DNA from: Lama glama
Taxonomy: Eukaryota
Length of the DNA: 64,000 bases
NCBI GenBank assembly: GCA_028534125.1
Contig: CM052818.1
Location: 20,152,001-20,216,000, forward strand
Reading direction: 5' to 3'
Shown: piece after piece, positions 1-13,534 of the stretch
Position numbering within the stretch: position 1 is the first letter of the stretch
Layout of the letters: every line of letters starts with the position of its first letter
Position numbers and translations under genes: made by a program
Notes under the pieces: model-generated
What the model was told of the DNA's origin: nothing
What the model saw: the letters and a program-made list of their open reading frames with translations, nothing else
Databases searched by the model: none

Positions 1-792
1 GTTTTTACTGAAGAAAAGATTAAGCTTTTCTTTTGTACTTAAATTCCTAAGTGCTTATTGATTGGAAAGATCCACTTTTAAAGAACCACATCTTACTCTA
101 CCCCTCACGTTAGGATAAAGAATGACTTAGAAATGAATGTCTTCCATTTCTAGGTCTAGGGATGAGATTTTTGCCCATGGAAGTTCTTGTCTATCACGCT
201 GTCATTCAGCTAACAGTGAAGGAGTCATTGGTCCATGGTTACTATGTATCCTGTTTCAAGACATCAATCTGGTGGAAGAGAAAGAGCCAGTGGTTCCCTT
301 CCCTCAGGAGGAGACAATCCATTTGTGCCCACCCTACATTTCCCAGATGATGAGACACTCATCTGCTCACCTTTTAAGGCTTCTGAATCAATAAGCATCT
401 TTTAACGTAAAAATGATTCCTTTTTTTCTTCCCAAAACCATTTTAAAATGGATATATATAATATATTATTTTAAAATTTTTACTATAAGAGTTGAGAGAA
501 AAATCATAGACTCTAAACAATAAGGGTTGTAAGAATTTTGTGATGGAGGAGGGTGGAAGAGTGGAGAGAATGAGTGACAAAGCAGAAAAAGCTAGATTCC
601 CAGCCATGTAAACTGCTAGGGCCCAGAGCAGCCCCACCTAGACTAGCCCCTCTGCCAGGCTGGTGGGTGCAATCTCCAGGGTGGTAAGATCACACACACG
701 GGAGGAACGGCCCATAGGAAGGACATGCCAGCCCCACCTTAGAGAGAAAAAGGCACTAGCAGAAATGAAGGCGTTCTACCTTAGCATATTTC

Positions 793-1240
793 TATGTTGG
801 GGAGCTCCTCACTCACCTTGTGAAGTAAGGCCTGCCTTTCACCATAGAAAGTAAATATGCCAGATGCCTTCAGCCTCCCTGTACTCTGGATGTGGACACG
901 TGACACGGGTGCTTTGAATCAGACACATCTGCCCCGACTTTGAATCTAGTGACTGAGGGAAGCAGGCAGCTTGCAAAGTGGGTGCCACTTTGGTGACGGC
1001 ATCTTAATGCCAGCAGTCCTAGCATCAGCATCCAGAGTCATGAGTTGGTACAAACTACAGTCATCTGCCGTGGCAGCTGTGGCTCCAGGTTGAGGCTTTA
1101 TTCCTGGTTGCTGAATCTCTGAACCTGGCTCTCCAACCCTCCCGGAAATTTTGTGAGTACCCAGAACCTTTTCAATGAATCATTTCTTCTCAAATCAGCC
1201 ATCATTTCCGTTACTTTCAGTTAAGAAATCTTGGCTGATG
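793..1240 (+). mobile_element. Old ERVL solo LTR (LTR33/LTR16-like)
   Basis: Contains cagcctccct...ggacacgtgac...atcagacacatctgccccgactttgaatc and a 3' end (ttcaatgaatc...ttactttcagttaagaaatcttggctgat) resembling recalled LTR33-family consensus. Confidence 0.5.
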
Positions 1241-1400
1241 GATTCATTCATTCATTCATTCATTCATTCCCTCACTTACTCATTCATAGGCAGTATTTAC
1301 TTGATCAGCATCTGTTGAATGCTCACTGTTTGCCAGGTACCCTGCTAGGCACTGGTGATACCAAGGCCAAAGAGACATCTTCCATTCCTCAAGGAATTGA
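1241..1400 (-). mobile_element. L2 LINE 3' end
   Basis: (ATTC)n run followed by tgttgaatgctcactgtttgccaggtaccctgctaggcactggtgatac, the antisense L2 tail. Confidence 0.6.
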
Positions 1401-3019
1401 TTGTCAGGTAATAGTCCCTTGAACAACTAATTTTCTACCTCTGGGCCTCAGTTTCCATTTCTTTCAAGCAAGAGGGCAGGATCTTTAGAGTTCCTTTAGG
1501 GTGTTTGATGTTTGAATAGTCTGTGCATCATTGAATTATGTGGTGGTCTCTGCCCTATTAGCCTACACTGGCAGAGATGGGAGGCCATCTCTGGGCCACT
1601 TAGGCTCAGTCCATAAACTACGTCTTCAGGGCCTCCATTTCCTACATGGGAAACTAACCACTCTGGGCACCTTGTCTAGGCGGATGCTCTGCTGAAGTGT
1701 GACTTGGCAGGAGTTGGTCTCTAGCATCTCCTTGCCCTCCTGCCATCCTCAAAGCACTCCTGTGGCTGACAACAGAGCACCCAGCAGTGGCTACAAGGGA
1801 GCTTAGATATGGAGAGAAGATCGCAGTCACGTCGGCCCACTCTCCAGATGTAAGGCTCAGATTTAAACTATTAGAAGTGAAAAGGGAAATGGGAGGAAAG
1901 GACCTCACAATGCTGGAAGTGGCTTTCTTTCCAAATTATCATCATGTGTCCCCAGCAAGGCCCCTGCAGATGCCAGAGAGAGTCAGAGATAGCAAGAGAC
2001 AACTCAGGCTTGGACCTAAGCTAAATGAGGATAGTTATATGGCATTTCAGGGATCTGGATGCTGCAGGAGTTTGATTTTGAAACATACCAATATACCAGA
2101 AATAAGGGAAATGTTTGCCCATTTATGATTTCCAGTGGCTGTGTAAAGGCCTTTTCTATCTGCATGATTCTGGGGCCTGGAGGTGGGTCCTTCTGCAGTG
2201 TCGGTGTTAGAGGAGAGAGCTTCAGGAGCACCTTCTAAAGCACCCATTAACATGCCCCCCAAGGCACGTGCAAGTACACACAAACACATGCACGTGTACC
2301 GCCCCACGTGCCAAGCCAGGAAATCAGTTCCCACCCAAACCTCATTTTAAACTTCTCATTTCTCTCTAGTGCATACCTCTGTCTTCACCCTTTGAAGAAA
2401 ACCAGGGATGCGATGCTGAGAATGTGCCTGTAAATACTTAATATTTTAAACTCCGAGGGTTTTCTTTTGGTCCCACAAAGAGGGTTGCAGTCTCTGGTAT
2501 GTAAATGCTGGGGTCAAGAGCCCAGCTGAGACCAACATGCTCAATGATCTACCCCAGTGGAAGGAAGAGGAAGCACAGACTTTTCAAAGCCTTTAGACAG
2601 TGCGGGTTGGCATGCCCCATCTTAATTGTTAATGTCATAATATAGCAGATTATCCCTCCTAATTACTCTATCTTAGGCTAAATTAAAGAGGCTCCTGATC
2701 AGATAGCAGTTTATGGTAGAGAGATGCCTTTTGACCTAGAAATATGCTGGCGGTAAAGCTCTAAGTAAATGACTCCAAGGCAGAGAGCCCAGAGTTCATT
2801 GTGTAGAGAGCATTACAAAGAGAAGCTCATATGCCTGAGGTTTAATAATTAAGGCCAGAATTCAAAGAGAACTGGAAACACCCATAGACAATTCCTCACT
2901 CTCTACACCTGTTAAGAGTAGGAGAAACATTTTTAAAGTTTTAAAACATAATAAAATGATAGTGTTCCACAAAATGCAACTTTTCAAATTTCCTCTTTAA
3001 ATTCCATTGTACTTTGAAA

Positions 3020-3272
3020 GGGTGGGGGAAGGATAATTAGCAATTTGGGATTAACCAGATACACATTACTATAAATAAAACAAATAAATGACAAGGACCT
3101 ACTGTATACCACAGGGAACTATATTTAATTTCTTGTAATAACATATAATGGAAAAGAATCTGAAAGAAAAGTACACATGCATATGTATGACTGAATTGCT
3201 TTTCTGTACACCTGAAACTAACATGGTAAATCAACTACACTTCAATAAAAAAAAAAATTAAATAAATAAATT
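3020..3272 (+). mobile_element. 5'-truncated L1 3' UTR with A-tail
   Basis: ggacctactgtataccacagggaactatattt...aaatcaactacacttcaataaaaaaaa. Flanked by aattccatt on both sides (probable TSD, about 3000 and 3273). Confidence 0.85.
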
Positions 3273-3329
3273 AATTCCATTTCACTTGAGGCAACATCCC
3301 CTTTGACCACGGATATTCTAATCTTTGTT

Positions 3330-3700
3330 TCATTAACTCACTTCATTCATTCATTCTTCCATTCTTCAGCATTTACTGAGCATCCAGCTCATTCATCGAT
3401 GTGGCTGAAACTCAGCTTAGAAAGATGAATAAAATGCAGCCCTCCCCTCTAAAGCTCACTGTCCACTGCTGGAGACCAACTTGTAAACAGATAAAATGCC
3501 ACACCTAAGAAGTTAAAACCCTGTTTTTCTGGGAGTTCAGAATGGGGACTGATCCTGTCTGCCTGGCTGGGGGTAGGAGATGTTAGGGAAAGCTTCCAGA
3601 GAAGGTGACATTTTGGCCAGATTTTGAAGGGTGACCAGGAGTTTGCTAGAAAGAGAAGTGGCAGAAAAGCATTCAGGGTCAAGGGCAGGAACAGAGTCCT
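3330..3700 (-). mobile_element. L2 fragment
   Basis: cattcattc...cagcatttactgagcatcc, then agggaaagcttccagagaaggtgacatttt...ttgaagggtga (antisense L2). Confidence 0.6.
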
Positions 3701-4164
3701 CTCCTACAACTCTCAAAGCAAAGGGGCAGGGCATACACAAGCAACACAAAAGACACTTCAAGGAGGTTTAGCCTTTCTTTCTTGTGTATCAGAGATTATC
3801 AGCTGTTAGAGGTTTTGTATAGCACTTAGAACACATGAATTCATGCCTGATGGGGCCTTTTGAGGACAACAGTGACACCTGTGCTGGTGAGGAATGGGAT
3901 GTGATCCTCATCTTTTAGTCATAACATGCCAGTTTTCCCACAGTGCGTTTGTTTCCAATAATCAGATGGCCGCCATGGCAGTAATGACACCAACCTACAG
4001 CGTGAATATTTCTCTGTGAATTCTAGGAGCATCTGTGGAACAGAGCTTTGATGCCTTGACATGAGCAGCCCTTGGCTCCGGTTACCAGGTACTTTCTTCC
4101 AGCGCTTCACAAAAACAGTTTATCTTTCTTATTCAGCCCAGTTTCTACATAATCTTCATGCTTG

Positions 4165-4272
4165 CTCTCTCTCTCTCTCTCTTTTTTTTTTTAAAATGGA
4201 GGTACCAGGGATAGAACTCAGGACCTCATGCGTGCTAAGCATGAGCTCTGCCATTGAGCTCTACCCATTCCT
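4165..4272 (-). mobile_element. vic-1-type tRNA-derived SINE
   Basis: atggaggtaccagggatagaactcaggacctcatgcgtgctaagcatgagctctgccattgagctctaccc, preceded by a T/CT tail. Confidence 0.85.
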
Positions 4273-5039
4273 CCATGCTCACTTTATACTGAAATTTTGC
4301 ACAATAGGTATTAGCGTCAGAACAAAATTCCTGTGGACTCTAGAATCTCCTGAATATGCCCCCATCTAAGCAAGAAGCCAATCATTACAGCCCTGACTTT
4401 CGGGGAGACCCTAGGCCATGTGTGTCTCTGGAAGTACGGATGGGTGGCTGTGGAGGCCACAGCATCTTGGGGATATTAAATAGGGTCAAAGGCAAATCAA
4501 ACTCTTCCCCATAGTCCAGCTCGAGTTATTTAGGTGTAAGTAGCATGAGGAGATCCCTGGAGCTGGGAAGAGTGGACATAAAGGGGGGTCCCTGGGCCCT
4601 GCAAGTTTCCATTAGATATCTTGCCCTGGGCAATCCTGTCCCCCACCTGCCTTCTATGCTAGCTCCTTTTCTTCTTTTTCCCCTCTCCACTCCTTCCTTC
4701 CCTTTCCCTATTTGTCTTTTCCAATGAATCTATCTTTTTTTCTCCAGTAGTTTCTACTGAGTTTGAGAGAGAGGAACAAATAGATCCCATTCCCCATCTG
4801 TTCCTACATTTATTTTTCTTCCAAATTAAAGGAAACCTACTTCCTCACAAGGTGAAGAAGTAAATGAGATGTGGGATGGGAAAAATCTTAACACCCTGTA
4901 TAACTATAAGGGCTTGATTCCACTGAACCAGGCCCATGTGAGCTAAGGTTCTCCACATGAGAGTGGAGCTGGAAGAGGGGGCAGTTGAAACGTTGCCCGT
5001 TTCTCTTTTGGGACCAGAAGTCTGTATAGAGGATGGTGC

Positions 5040-5240
5040 TGCAGAGCCCACTGGGTAGGGCTTGGAGTTCTGGCCTCCACTTCTAAGGTGACCACCCACC
5101 CGTTCAACATCTCTGAGTCCCAGCTTCCTCGTCTGTAAGATGGCACTGCTATTGATTCCTACCTCACAGACCTAGGGACAGGGTCAGATGCCATACTGTG
5201 CTCAAAGCACCTTGTAAACTCAAATACAAATGTGGTTATT
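5040..5240 (+). mobile_element. MIR SINE
   Basis: Core ctctgagtcccagcttcctcgtctgtaagatgg...cctacctcacag. Confidence 0.55.
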
Positions 5241-5256
5241 AATATCCTATCACAAA

Positions 5257-5590
5257 TTTTATTTACAAAGCCCAAGAACAGACCCACGGACACTGAAAAC
5301 AAACCATGGCTACCAAAGGGGAAAGGGTGGGGGAGTGATAAACTAGGAGTTTGGGATTAACAGATACACATTACTATATATAAAATAGATAAACAACAGG
5401 GCCTACTGTATAGCACAGGGAACTATATTTAATTTCTTATAATATTTAACAGAAAAGAATCTGAAAAAATATATATCTGTATGTATATGTATAACAGAAT
5501 TTCTTTGCTGAACACCTGAAAACTGAAAATAAACATGTCAATTTAAAAAAATTTTTTTTAATCCCAAAAAAGGATAATCATTAAAAAAAA
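5257..5590 (+). mobile_element. 5'-truncated L1 3' UTR
   Basis: tatttacaaa...aacagacccac...ggctaccaaaggggaaagggtgg...ctactgtatagcacagggaactatattt, with an A-rich tail. Confidence 0.85.
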
Positions 5591-6639
5591 ATCTTATCAA
5601 TATCATAATGTTTCTTATAGCATGATGGACTTCCAGGAAAGCATTATCAAGGTGGAATAGTCTCAGAATGGATTAAAAAACCTAAATCTTCCACACTAAG
5701 ATAATACAAATTCCATACATTTAAAATCTTAGTTTTTACTTGAGATCACTTAAAATCAGTTTCTATTAAAATGAAGAGGCATTTTTGAAGAGTCAGGACC
5801 GACCCCTCTCCTCTGTTCTCGGCCATTGCTACACTCACCTACTTTGAGAGAGGAGGGCCTACTTTCCCCCTCCCCATCCAATAGAATAGGGCTGTTTAGA
5901 GGAACTCTCTCCCCTCCTCCTAAGCAGATGGGTGGGGACAAGGTAAGCCTCTGGTTACATTTTTAAAATAGTGTTGAGACAGAGGGAGGGAAGCAGGCAG
6001 AGAGGCCCACCGGACAGAAAGGGCAGGTTTTTCGGCCTCTCTCCCTGCCTACGGTCTCAGCTGAGCCCCACACCCTGTCCTCCCATCAACCCAGAGGAGA
6101 TGTCAGCCCAGACCCACACATTAGAGGGCACTATGCTGGCCCCACATGGCCTTCCCATGAGAATCTGTCCTTCCCACGGAGTTTTCCTTTTCCTCAGGGA
6201 CCATTCTCCATAGAGAGAAATCCCTTCTCAGAGTTCAGTTCCTGCATCCTGGGCAGCTCAGTCACTCAGCCGGTGTCCATGGCACCACCCTCTCCCACCC
6301 ACCCAAACGTGTCTCACCCTTAGTCCCCGGTCAGCTCCTTCCTCAGTGGCAGGCAACGCCCCTCCACTGGGCACAGACATGGCTCTGTCTTGCTCTTGAA
6401 TTCTTCTCAGGTTTGCCACCTTCTGCCTCCTCTGCCAGGCCTCTCACCCAAGCCCTCAATTAACATTGGCTGGCTGATTGATTATTGGTCTTTTGATGGA
6501 CTGAATGACAAACCAGTCCCAAGAGGCCTGAGCCTGTCCTCAGTCATCTCTGGCCTGAGGGGTTCCCAGGATGTCTGGAGCACTGGCCTTCAGGGAAAGA
6601 ATGATGGAGAGGTTCACTGAACAAGCCTGAGACCCGGGC

Positions 6640-6845
6640 ACACAAGGCCTTGGAATCAGGCTGACCTGGGCCGACTCCCAGCCCTGCAACTCACTGATAG
6701 CCTTGGACAGATTCATTCCCTTCTCTGAATATCAGTTTCCTCACTGGTAAAATGGGAATGATGACACCCACGTGGAGGGATGCTGTGAGGATTAAGTGAC
6801 CTTTAATGCATATACAATGCTTCAGCACAAACATCAGCTCAACTG
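6640..6845 (+). mobile_element. MIR SINE
   Basis: ccttggaatcaggctgacctggg...tctctgaatatcagtttcctcactggtaaaatggg...gctgtgaggattaagtga. Confidence 0.7.
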
Positions 6846-7570
6846 TGTGTGAGGTTTCTTGTGTTGTTTGTTTGTTTGTTTGCATGTGTGTGTGTTTTTT
6901 AAATGCCCTTTCACTGGAATTTGGCCTGCAGGGCTGGGGCTGGGCAGAGGGTGACATGCTGGAGGAGCACCGAGGCCTTTCTTGATGTGTCACCAATTCT
7001 TTCCCGATTCACCGACAGTAGGAGTAGTTCCCTCAGCAGCAGCAACACCACAACTAACACTCAAACATTTCTCCAGGGTTTTCTGTTGAGCCTACTTCCC
7101 CTGCGAGGTAGCCAGGACCAGATTCCTATCCTTCTCCTCCTTAAGGGGAAATTGCCTTGGAGGGAAAATGAAGCAGCTCAGCAGTGGGGCAGGTTGAAGC
7201 TGGTCTTCAGTCCCAGACGCTTCCCTGCACAGGGGGCTGCCTCAGCGGCGGGGGATGGCCACTCACTCAGTGGGGCCTATTGGGACCAGGGACTTCCAAT
7301 TAAGAGCTGTCTGATCAGGTCATGGACAGGGAGTGGAGGGAAAGGATCTGGCTGGCACTGGGGTTACTCAGTTGACACAGGCCCCCTGAACCAAATTAAC
7401 TAACCAGTGCTTGTGCCAGTGAAGTATCAGAAGCCACAGTGTTCATGGAGGAAACTAAGTCGTTACTATTACACAGACCCCACTCAATCAGTGGACTTGG
7501 TGAGTGTCTGATGCAGGGAAGGGGCAGGAAGATACCACAGCCTTCGCTTTTGTGGAAACTTTTGTTCTTT

Positions 7571-7982
7571 TTGTTGTTGTTTGTGTAAGCATAGTCAGTT
7601 TACAATGTGGTGTTCATTTCTGGTGTACAGTATTGTGATTCAGACATACATATATATATATTTCTTTTCATAGTCTTTTTTCATTATAGGCTATTATTTG
7701 ACATTGAATATAGTTCCCCAAGCTATACAGTAGGACCTTGCTGTTTATCTATTTCAATATATAGTAGTTCGTATCTATAAATCCCGAACTCCCAATTTCT
7801 CTCTCCACTCTCCCTCAACCCCCACCACCCCTTAACCCCTTGGTAACCACAAGTTTGTTTTCTACCTCTGTGAGTCTGTTGTTTTGTAAATCAGTTCATT
7901 TGTCTCATTTTTTAAATTTTTTTAAGATTTTTTAAAGATTTTTTTTTAAGATTCTGCATATAAGTAATATCATATGGTACTA
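7571..7982 (-). mobile_element. 5'-truncated L1 3' end
   Basis: Antisense agtcagtttacaatgtggtgttcatttctggtgtacag...tggtaaccacaagtttgttttcta...agattctgcatataagt. tttgttcttt on both sides (7561, 7990) is a probable TSD. Confidence 0.85.
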
Positions 7983-8184
7983 GAAGCCCTTTGTTCTTTA
8001 AAGGTAACTTTTTAAACGATCTAGCACTGACTCTATGACATGAACAGCATAGATATGACTATTGGCATTTCACAGACAGACAGCAGGAAGAGAGACCAAG
8101 TGAAGGAGCCCCGATCACACACAGCATATTGAGAATCCAGGGCTCCTATCTCCAGGCCCATTGTTTCACTTTGTTTGGTTTTCT

Positions 8185-8665
8185 CCTGTCACTGCTCCAG
8201 GCTACTCTTCACACAGCAGCCAGAGTCACCTTTGAGATCTCAAACAAGACCATGTCACTCCCGTGCTGCCAACCTCCAAAGGCCTCTGTTAGAAGTAGAC
8301 ACAATCCAGGGGCCTTACACCTGGCACAGCTGCTGCTCCTTCTCCAAGCTCCTTTCCTGCCCACCTCTCATGCTGCCTTCACTCTGCCCCACCCCCAGAC
8401 CTCTGCTCCTTCAGCCCCTTCTCCCGGGCTGGTTCTTCACTGCCTGCCTGCCCCCTCCCCCTAGTCCTAGGTTCCTCCCAGACTTCCAGACCACTCTGAC
8501 CTCCTGGCCTGATTCTGCTCTCTGGAATCATGTTTGTAACTGGCCTCCCACTGTCAGAACACTGGCTTGGTGGGGTCAGCAACTCTGTCTTGTTCATCCC
8601 CAGTACCTAGAATGGTGCCTGATACCCAGCAGAAAATCAATAAAGGTTTTTTTGAATCAATGACT
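8185..8665 (+). mobile_element. L2 fragment with 3' tail
   Basis: cttcacacagcagccagagtcacctttg...atccccagtacctagaatggtgcctgatacccagcagaaaatcaataaa...tgaatcaatga. Confidence 0.6.
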
Positions 8666-9189
8666 GTTACACTGATAAAAGAAAGAGAGAAGTCCTGGGA
8701 GAAAGAGAGTATTGACTATGGGAAGGAAAATGCTTAATATACATGAATAACTGCCGTGAGAGATTGCAGGAGCCCTGCCGGATCACCCCCTCCCCACCCA
8801 ACCTAATGTTCCTGAACCCCAGTCCTCTCTCACCCTACGGATCTAACCAGTGAACCAAATCCAGCAGGAACTTTAAGCAGACTCCAACTGTAAATCAGCC
8901 TTAACCCCAGGCCTACTTAGCAGAAGTAACATCTCTACCTTTAACCCTGCCCCTAATCAGCACCTGAACTTGCTACTCTAATTGCAATGTGGACCCATAA
9001 CCACAGTCTCCTCTACTCAATGGGCTCATCATAGGCCCAGAAACTATCTGGCACCACTCTCATCCCAGTACCACTGTTAAGTAACCTTAACTAACTATGC
9101 CTTAGTTCCAATGCTGGACGCTGACATGGAGGTGTGGACTAAAATCAGAGACGCCAAAAGCTGGGAAAGACCTTAGAGAGCATCTATTT

Positions 9190-9620
9190 TCTTTACTCTG
9201 TGGATAATATTACAATTAAGTGCTATCATTTATTTTCTCTTTGTCCCTTGGTTCCTTGTTCCTTTTTCTTACCCTCTTTTGGATCAATCACTTATTACTT
9301 TCATTTTACTTCCTTTTCTGGCTTTTTAGCTCAACCTCTTTACTTTTATTCTTGAAGTAGTTGTTCCAGGAATCACAGTATGCATCCTTCACTTATCACA
9401 TACAAGAACTTAAACCAGGATAATGCCCCCTTTAGCATCCCCCATCCTTTGTTCTACTGTTCTCATATATTTCACTCCTTGAGGATGTTAGGAGCCTTAC
9501 ATGATTGTTGTTGCTTTATCCAATTGTCTTTTAAAGAAATTGAGAGCTGAAAGATTGTTCTTTTAAAGTTATCCATATAATTATCATCTCCAGTGCTCTA
9601 CATCCTTTTCTAGAGATCCT
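9190..9620 (-). mobile_element. Old L1 (L1M) fragment
   Basis: T-rich decayed antisense L1 motifs such as cagtatgcatccttcacttatcaca and gttatccatataattatcatctccagtgctct. Confidence 0.45.
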
Positions 9621-10764
9621 GCAGAACTCAAACAGTTCCCTCTCCACGTCCACGGATACTGGAGGTGGATACTGTGGATACTATGGCCTCTCTACCCTTC
9701 CATCCCTGCTTTTACAAAGGTTTCCAAATCTTCAAGTTTCCATCCATTTCCCACAGTGCAGCTGACTGCCAAGATAAAATTGTAAGCATTTCCAAACTCC
9801 CTAAGGACGGGTCCAGATGGAGCCCCAGAGAGGAGAGGGCAAGTAACAAGGGGCCTCTCCTCTTCTTCCTTCTACACCATCTCCCCCTTCACTGCTTCTA
9901 ACCTCACTCTAAAGGGCATCTGTCTGATCCCAGAAAGCAAGATGAAACTATGTTTATTTATTGTTTCTACGTCTGTTCCTTCCCCGGGGTGGGGTGGGGG
10001 GAGGAGAGCAGAAACCCTTTCAGCAGAGTCTGGATCCTCATCAGTCACCCACGGGCTCTCATTGAGCCCCGTCTCCATGCAGCCTCTGTGCCAGATGAAG
10101 AGAAAGACAGAGAAGAGAGCTGCATGGAGGTCACGGAGCTTACGTACCAGCTGGGAGAACATGTGCACCCATTCTAAAGAAACCAACAATCCAGTCTTCT
10201 CTCTTTTTTCCTTCCTCTCCCTCCTCTTCCCCTTTCTTTCCCTGACAATCAGCAAGGATCGGTAGAAGTGTGGGCTGGAATAAATATAACTGGATAAGAA
10301 AAGATGATCAAAGGAGCCCTCAGATTCTGGACTCTGCTGAGGGTGTTGCCTCCAAGGCCCCTCCCACCTCTAAATATCAGTGCAAGAGATGACAAGGGGC
10401 CCCTCAAAGCCGTGGGAACCTACAGGTGAGGACAAACCAAAGGTTGTGCTGCTGCACACGGATTTGGAGAGGATACAGTTAGATGCTGGAGGGAGTTCTC
10501 TGAAGGGTTAGGAAGGGATAAAGGATGCTGGGAGCATGTCCCTAAACTTGGAGGCCATGAATGGAAAGATTGCACAGCTAGCACCAGGCCAGCCCCTTCT
10601 TGGCTTCCCAGTCCCCCAGCACCTTGTTCCTTTCCTCCTCCATGTGTCCCCAACCCCCACAACAGCTGACTTCTACTCAACCCACAGAGCATACTCAAGT
10701 TCCACTAAGACTTCCACAGTTATTGTTACCATTTCCTCTCCTCTTCTTATTTTTTTTTTTGATC

Positions 10765-10890
10765 AAGAGTTCTGGAGCCAGTAATACCTAAGTTCAAATC
10801 CCAACAACACCAGTTGCCAGCTGGGTGACCTTGGATAATTTACTTTCCTCACTGAGTTTTAATTTACTCATCTATAAAAATGGACATATG
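10765..10890 (+). mobile_element. MIR fragment
   Basis: tctggagccag...agttcaaatccc...gctgggtgaccttggataatt...ctcatctataaaaatgg. Confidence 0.6.
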
Positions 10891-10899
10891 CTTTTCTTT

Positions 10900-12365
10900 C
10901 TTTGGAAAATTCTTTATGAATGAATATACTAGGCATACTGTTAATATCCCTAAAATATAAAGAGTTCATCTAAAACAACAAAAAATACACTAAGACAACA
11001 ACAATAGGTGATCAGGTCATGAACAGATAACCCCAAAAAATGAACTACAAGTAGCTAATAAACATTTCAAAACATGTTTACTATCATTAATAATAAAAAT
11101 GAAAATTAAAGAAGTGAAGCACATTTTGCTTATGAAAAGCTACTGCAGTTTGATAATAATTCGTATTACAAGGACATGGGGAGATGGACAATCTCTGCTA
11201 GGTTGTTAGGAACACAACTGCTTGCTTTTTGGAACACAGTTGGCAGTATGTACCAACAGCTTTAACAAGGCTGGTACACTTTGAGCTAGTAATTTCACTT
11301 CTAGGAATCTGTTTGAAGGATATAATCAGAGATGAGGTCAAAGATTAATATTCACAGATGTTCAGATATTCATAACAGAGTTATTAATAGGAAGCTTTTG
11401 GAAACAGAAATCTAAATGGCCACAAGTAAAAGAATGCTTAAATTTGTATGGTGCATCCTTCAAGTGGAAATGTGCAGCTATTAAAAATAATATTTTCAAA
11501 GATAATTAATAATAGAATGATTATAACACAATGCTTGCTGGTAAGTAAGATACAGCATTGTATAAACTATGTAATACCAACTTTATGCAGCTATATTTAT
11601 ACACTTAAGTATGTATGTCATTAGAAAAAAGTGTGAGAAAAAAAATCACATCAAAGTGTTAAAATAGTAATTTGAAGGTTATGGATGATGTTATTTTTTG
11701 TGTGTGTGTTCTAAATTTTTCACAATAAACAACTGTTACTTTTAAAATAAAAAAAAATGATGCTCACACAAGCACCTGTCATCTGTGTGGCCCACTGTTG
11801 TCTATGGCAGCATAACCTAATAAACTCCTTTTCTAGTCTCAAAAAAATAAAATAAAATAAAGTAAAACTACCATTTAAAATTACAATTATGCTGTCTGAC
11901 CCAGTAACTTCTCTTCTTCGAATCTATCTTTAAAAAAATCAGAAATTCAGAGAAAGATGTTGGTACAAAGATGTTATTGAACCATTATCTATAATTTCAA
12001 AAGATAGAAAAACAGATGCCCAGCAGTTGGGGAAAAGTTAAAAAACTAGTTGTACATCCACATAATAGGGCACTGTGAAGGCACTACAGAGGCTTTTGTA
12101 GAATTTTAATGACATGAACTTTTTTTTATACAAGTCATTAAAAAAAAGAAAATTGTATATACAATTTAATATCACATATGTTTAAAATAAATTTTAGAAA
12201 CTGGAATATACACACATATAAGTGCTAATTAATGGTTATATCTTTGTCATTAGATTATAGATGATTTTTTCTCCCTTGCACTTTTTTATTATTTTCATAT
12301 ACCATGTCTATAATGAACACTAATTACTTAATGACCAAAAAAGAAAAAAAAACAGGAAAAAGAAC
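10900..12365 (+). mobile_element. Old L1ME-type ORF2 end/3' UTR fragments (two adjacent pieces)
   Basis: A-rich sequence with decayed motifs ctagtaatttcacttctaggaatctg and gacccagtaacttctcttcttcgaatctatct, each followed by an L1ME-like 3' UTR. Confidence 0.6.
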
Positions 12366-13534
12366 AATGGAGAAAAGGTGTGAGAGGAAATCAACTCCTA
12401 GGCTGGGGAATACAGCTAATGACATTATCTCACAAGATCCTTGAGAAGAGGAGGTGAGCTCACAGACGTGAGTGTGACCAGCACAGTGCCTGGCACACAG
12501 CAGGTGCTCAGTAAATGCAAGTTCATCCCTGCTTCTCCCTCCACCCCTCCACCCATCTTTCCCATTCTATGCCCTCTATGTGCCATTGGCAGCCTGTCCC
12601 ACTCTCCTTCACTTGAATAACAGTCATCTCCCCAGTGGTCTGTCGACCCAGGAGGACTGAGTTAGTTCTGGGTAAGGAGCTCTAGGAAGTCTTGCTGACC
12701 AGGGACAGAGGAACAGGGATGACACCTGTTTCCCTTTGCCCCCGCAACCCATGCATGAGGTCTCTTCTCAGACATCTACAGAGACTGGGTTTGCATGGAG
12801 TGAAGGACTGAGAGGTACATTTCCTTGTAAATGGGTAGTTCCTTTCTTCTCTTTCTATGGCCCAGTCTAGAGTTGGCAGAACACCCAGGCAAAGAAAGTA
12901 AGGAAAAAGGGTATGACTGGCTCCAAGAAACGTGCGCACACCAACAACTGCTCCCTTGTTGATAACGGTGTTCCGCCATTAAAGCTAAATGATGGTTCAG
13001 GAATGATGGTCAGATTCCTTTTGGAGGACAAACATATTCAGTCTCTGGTCCCTCTATATGCACATATTTATCAGTGGAAGTAGGAGTTATGAGAAGACAG
13101 GGACTTTCGAGGGAAGACTAGGCAGGCCTTGGGGGCAAAGGGGTGGCTGACCAGCCAGCCCACTGCAGTCTTTGTAAGTGCCACCACCCCAGGAGGGCTC
13201 AGAGTCCCCAGGGGAGGGGGAGGAAGCACATTTCCAGGAGTTGTGTGGCCAGCCATAGATTGGCACCCAGGGCAGGGGTGGAGTCAGGGAGAGGGGCGGC
13301 CTCTCCCATTCTCTCTGACAACAATGCCCCTTGATCTAGCCATTTTCTGTGGTTGAAATGAGGACCTTTCTCCCTGCCAGTTCCTCACCCACAGGAAATC
13401 TGTGTCCTGGGAGCCCACAGCTGTGAATACAGTCTGTTAAATATCCAAGGGCAGGCAAGGGGCTGCCTGACTCAGGCCCCCGGAGCCCTCTCAGGGGCCC
13501 AAGGCAGCCAAGCACTGCTCACTCAGATGGTCAA

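Noticed and set aside
4027..4088. AG...GT-bounded 62-nt exon candidate
   Set aside because: Stops in all three frames and a weak donor (GTACTT).
4197..4272. tRNA-like A/B boxes (also at 29117, 31734 and 36410)
   Set aside because: These are SINE heads with A/T-rich tails, and clear TSDs in at least two copies, not tRNA genes.
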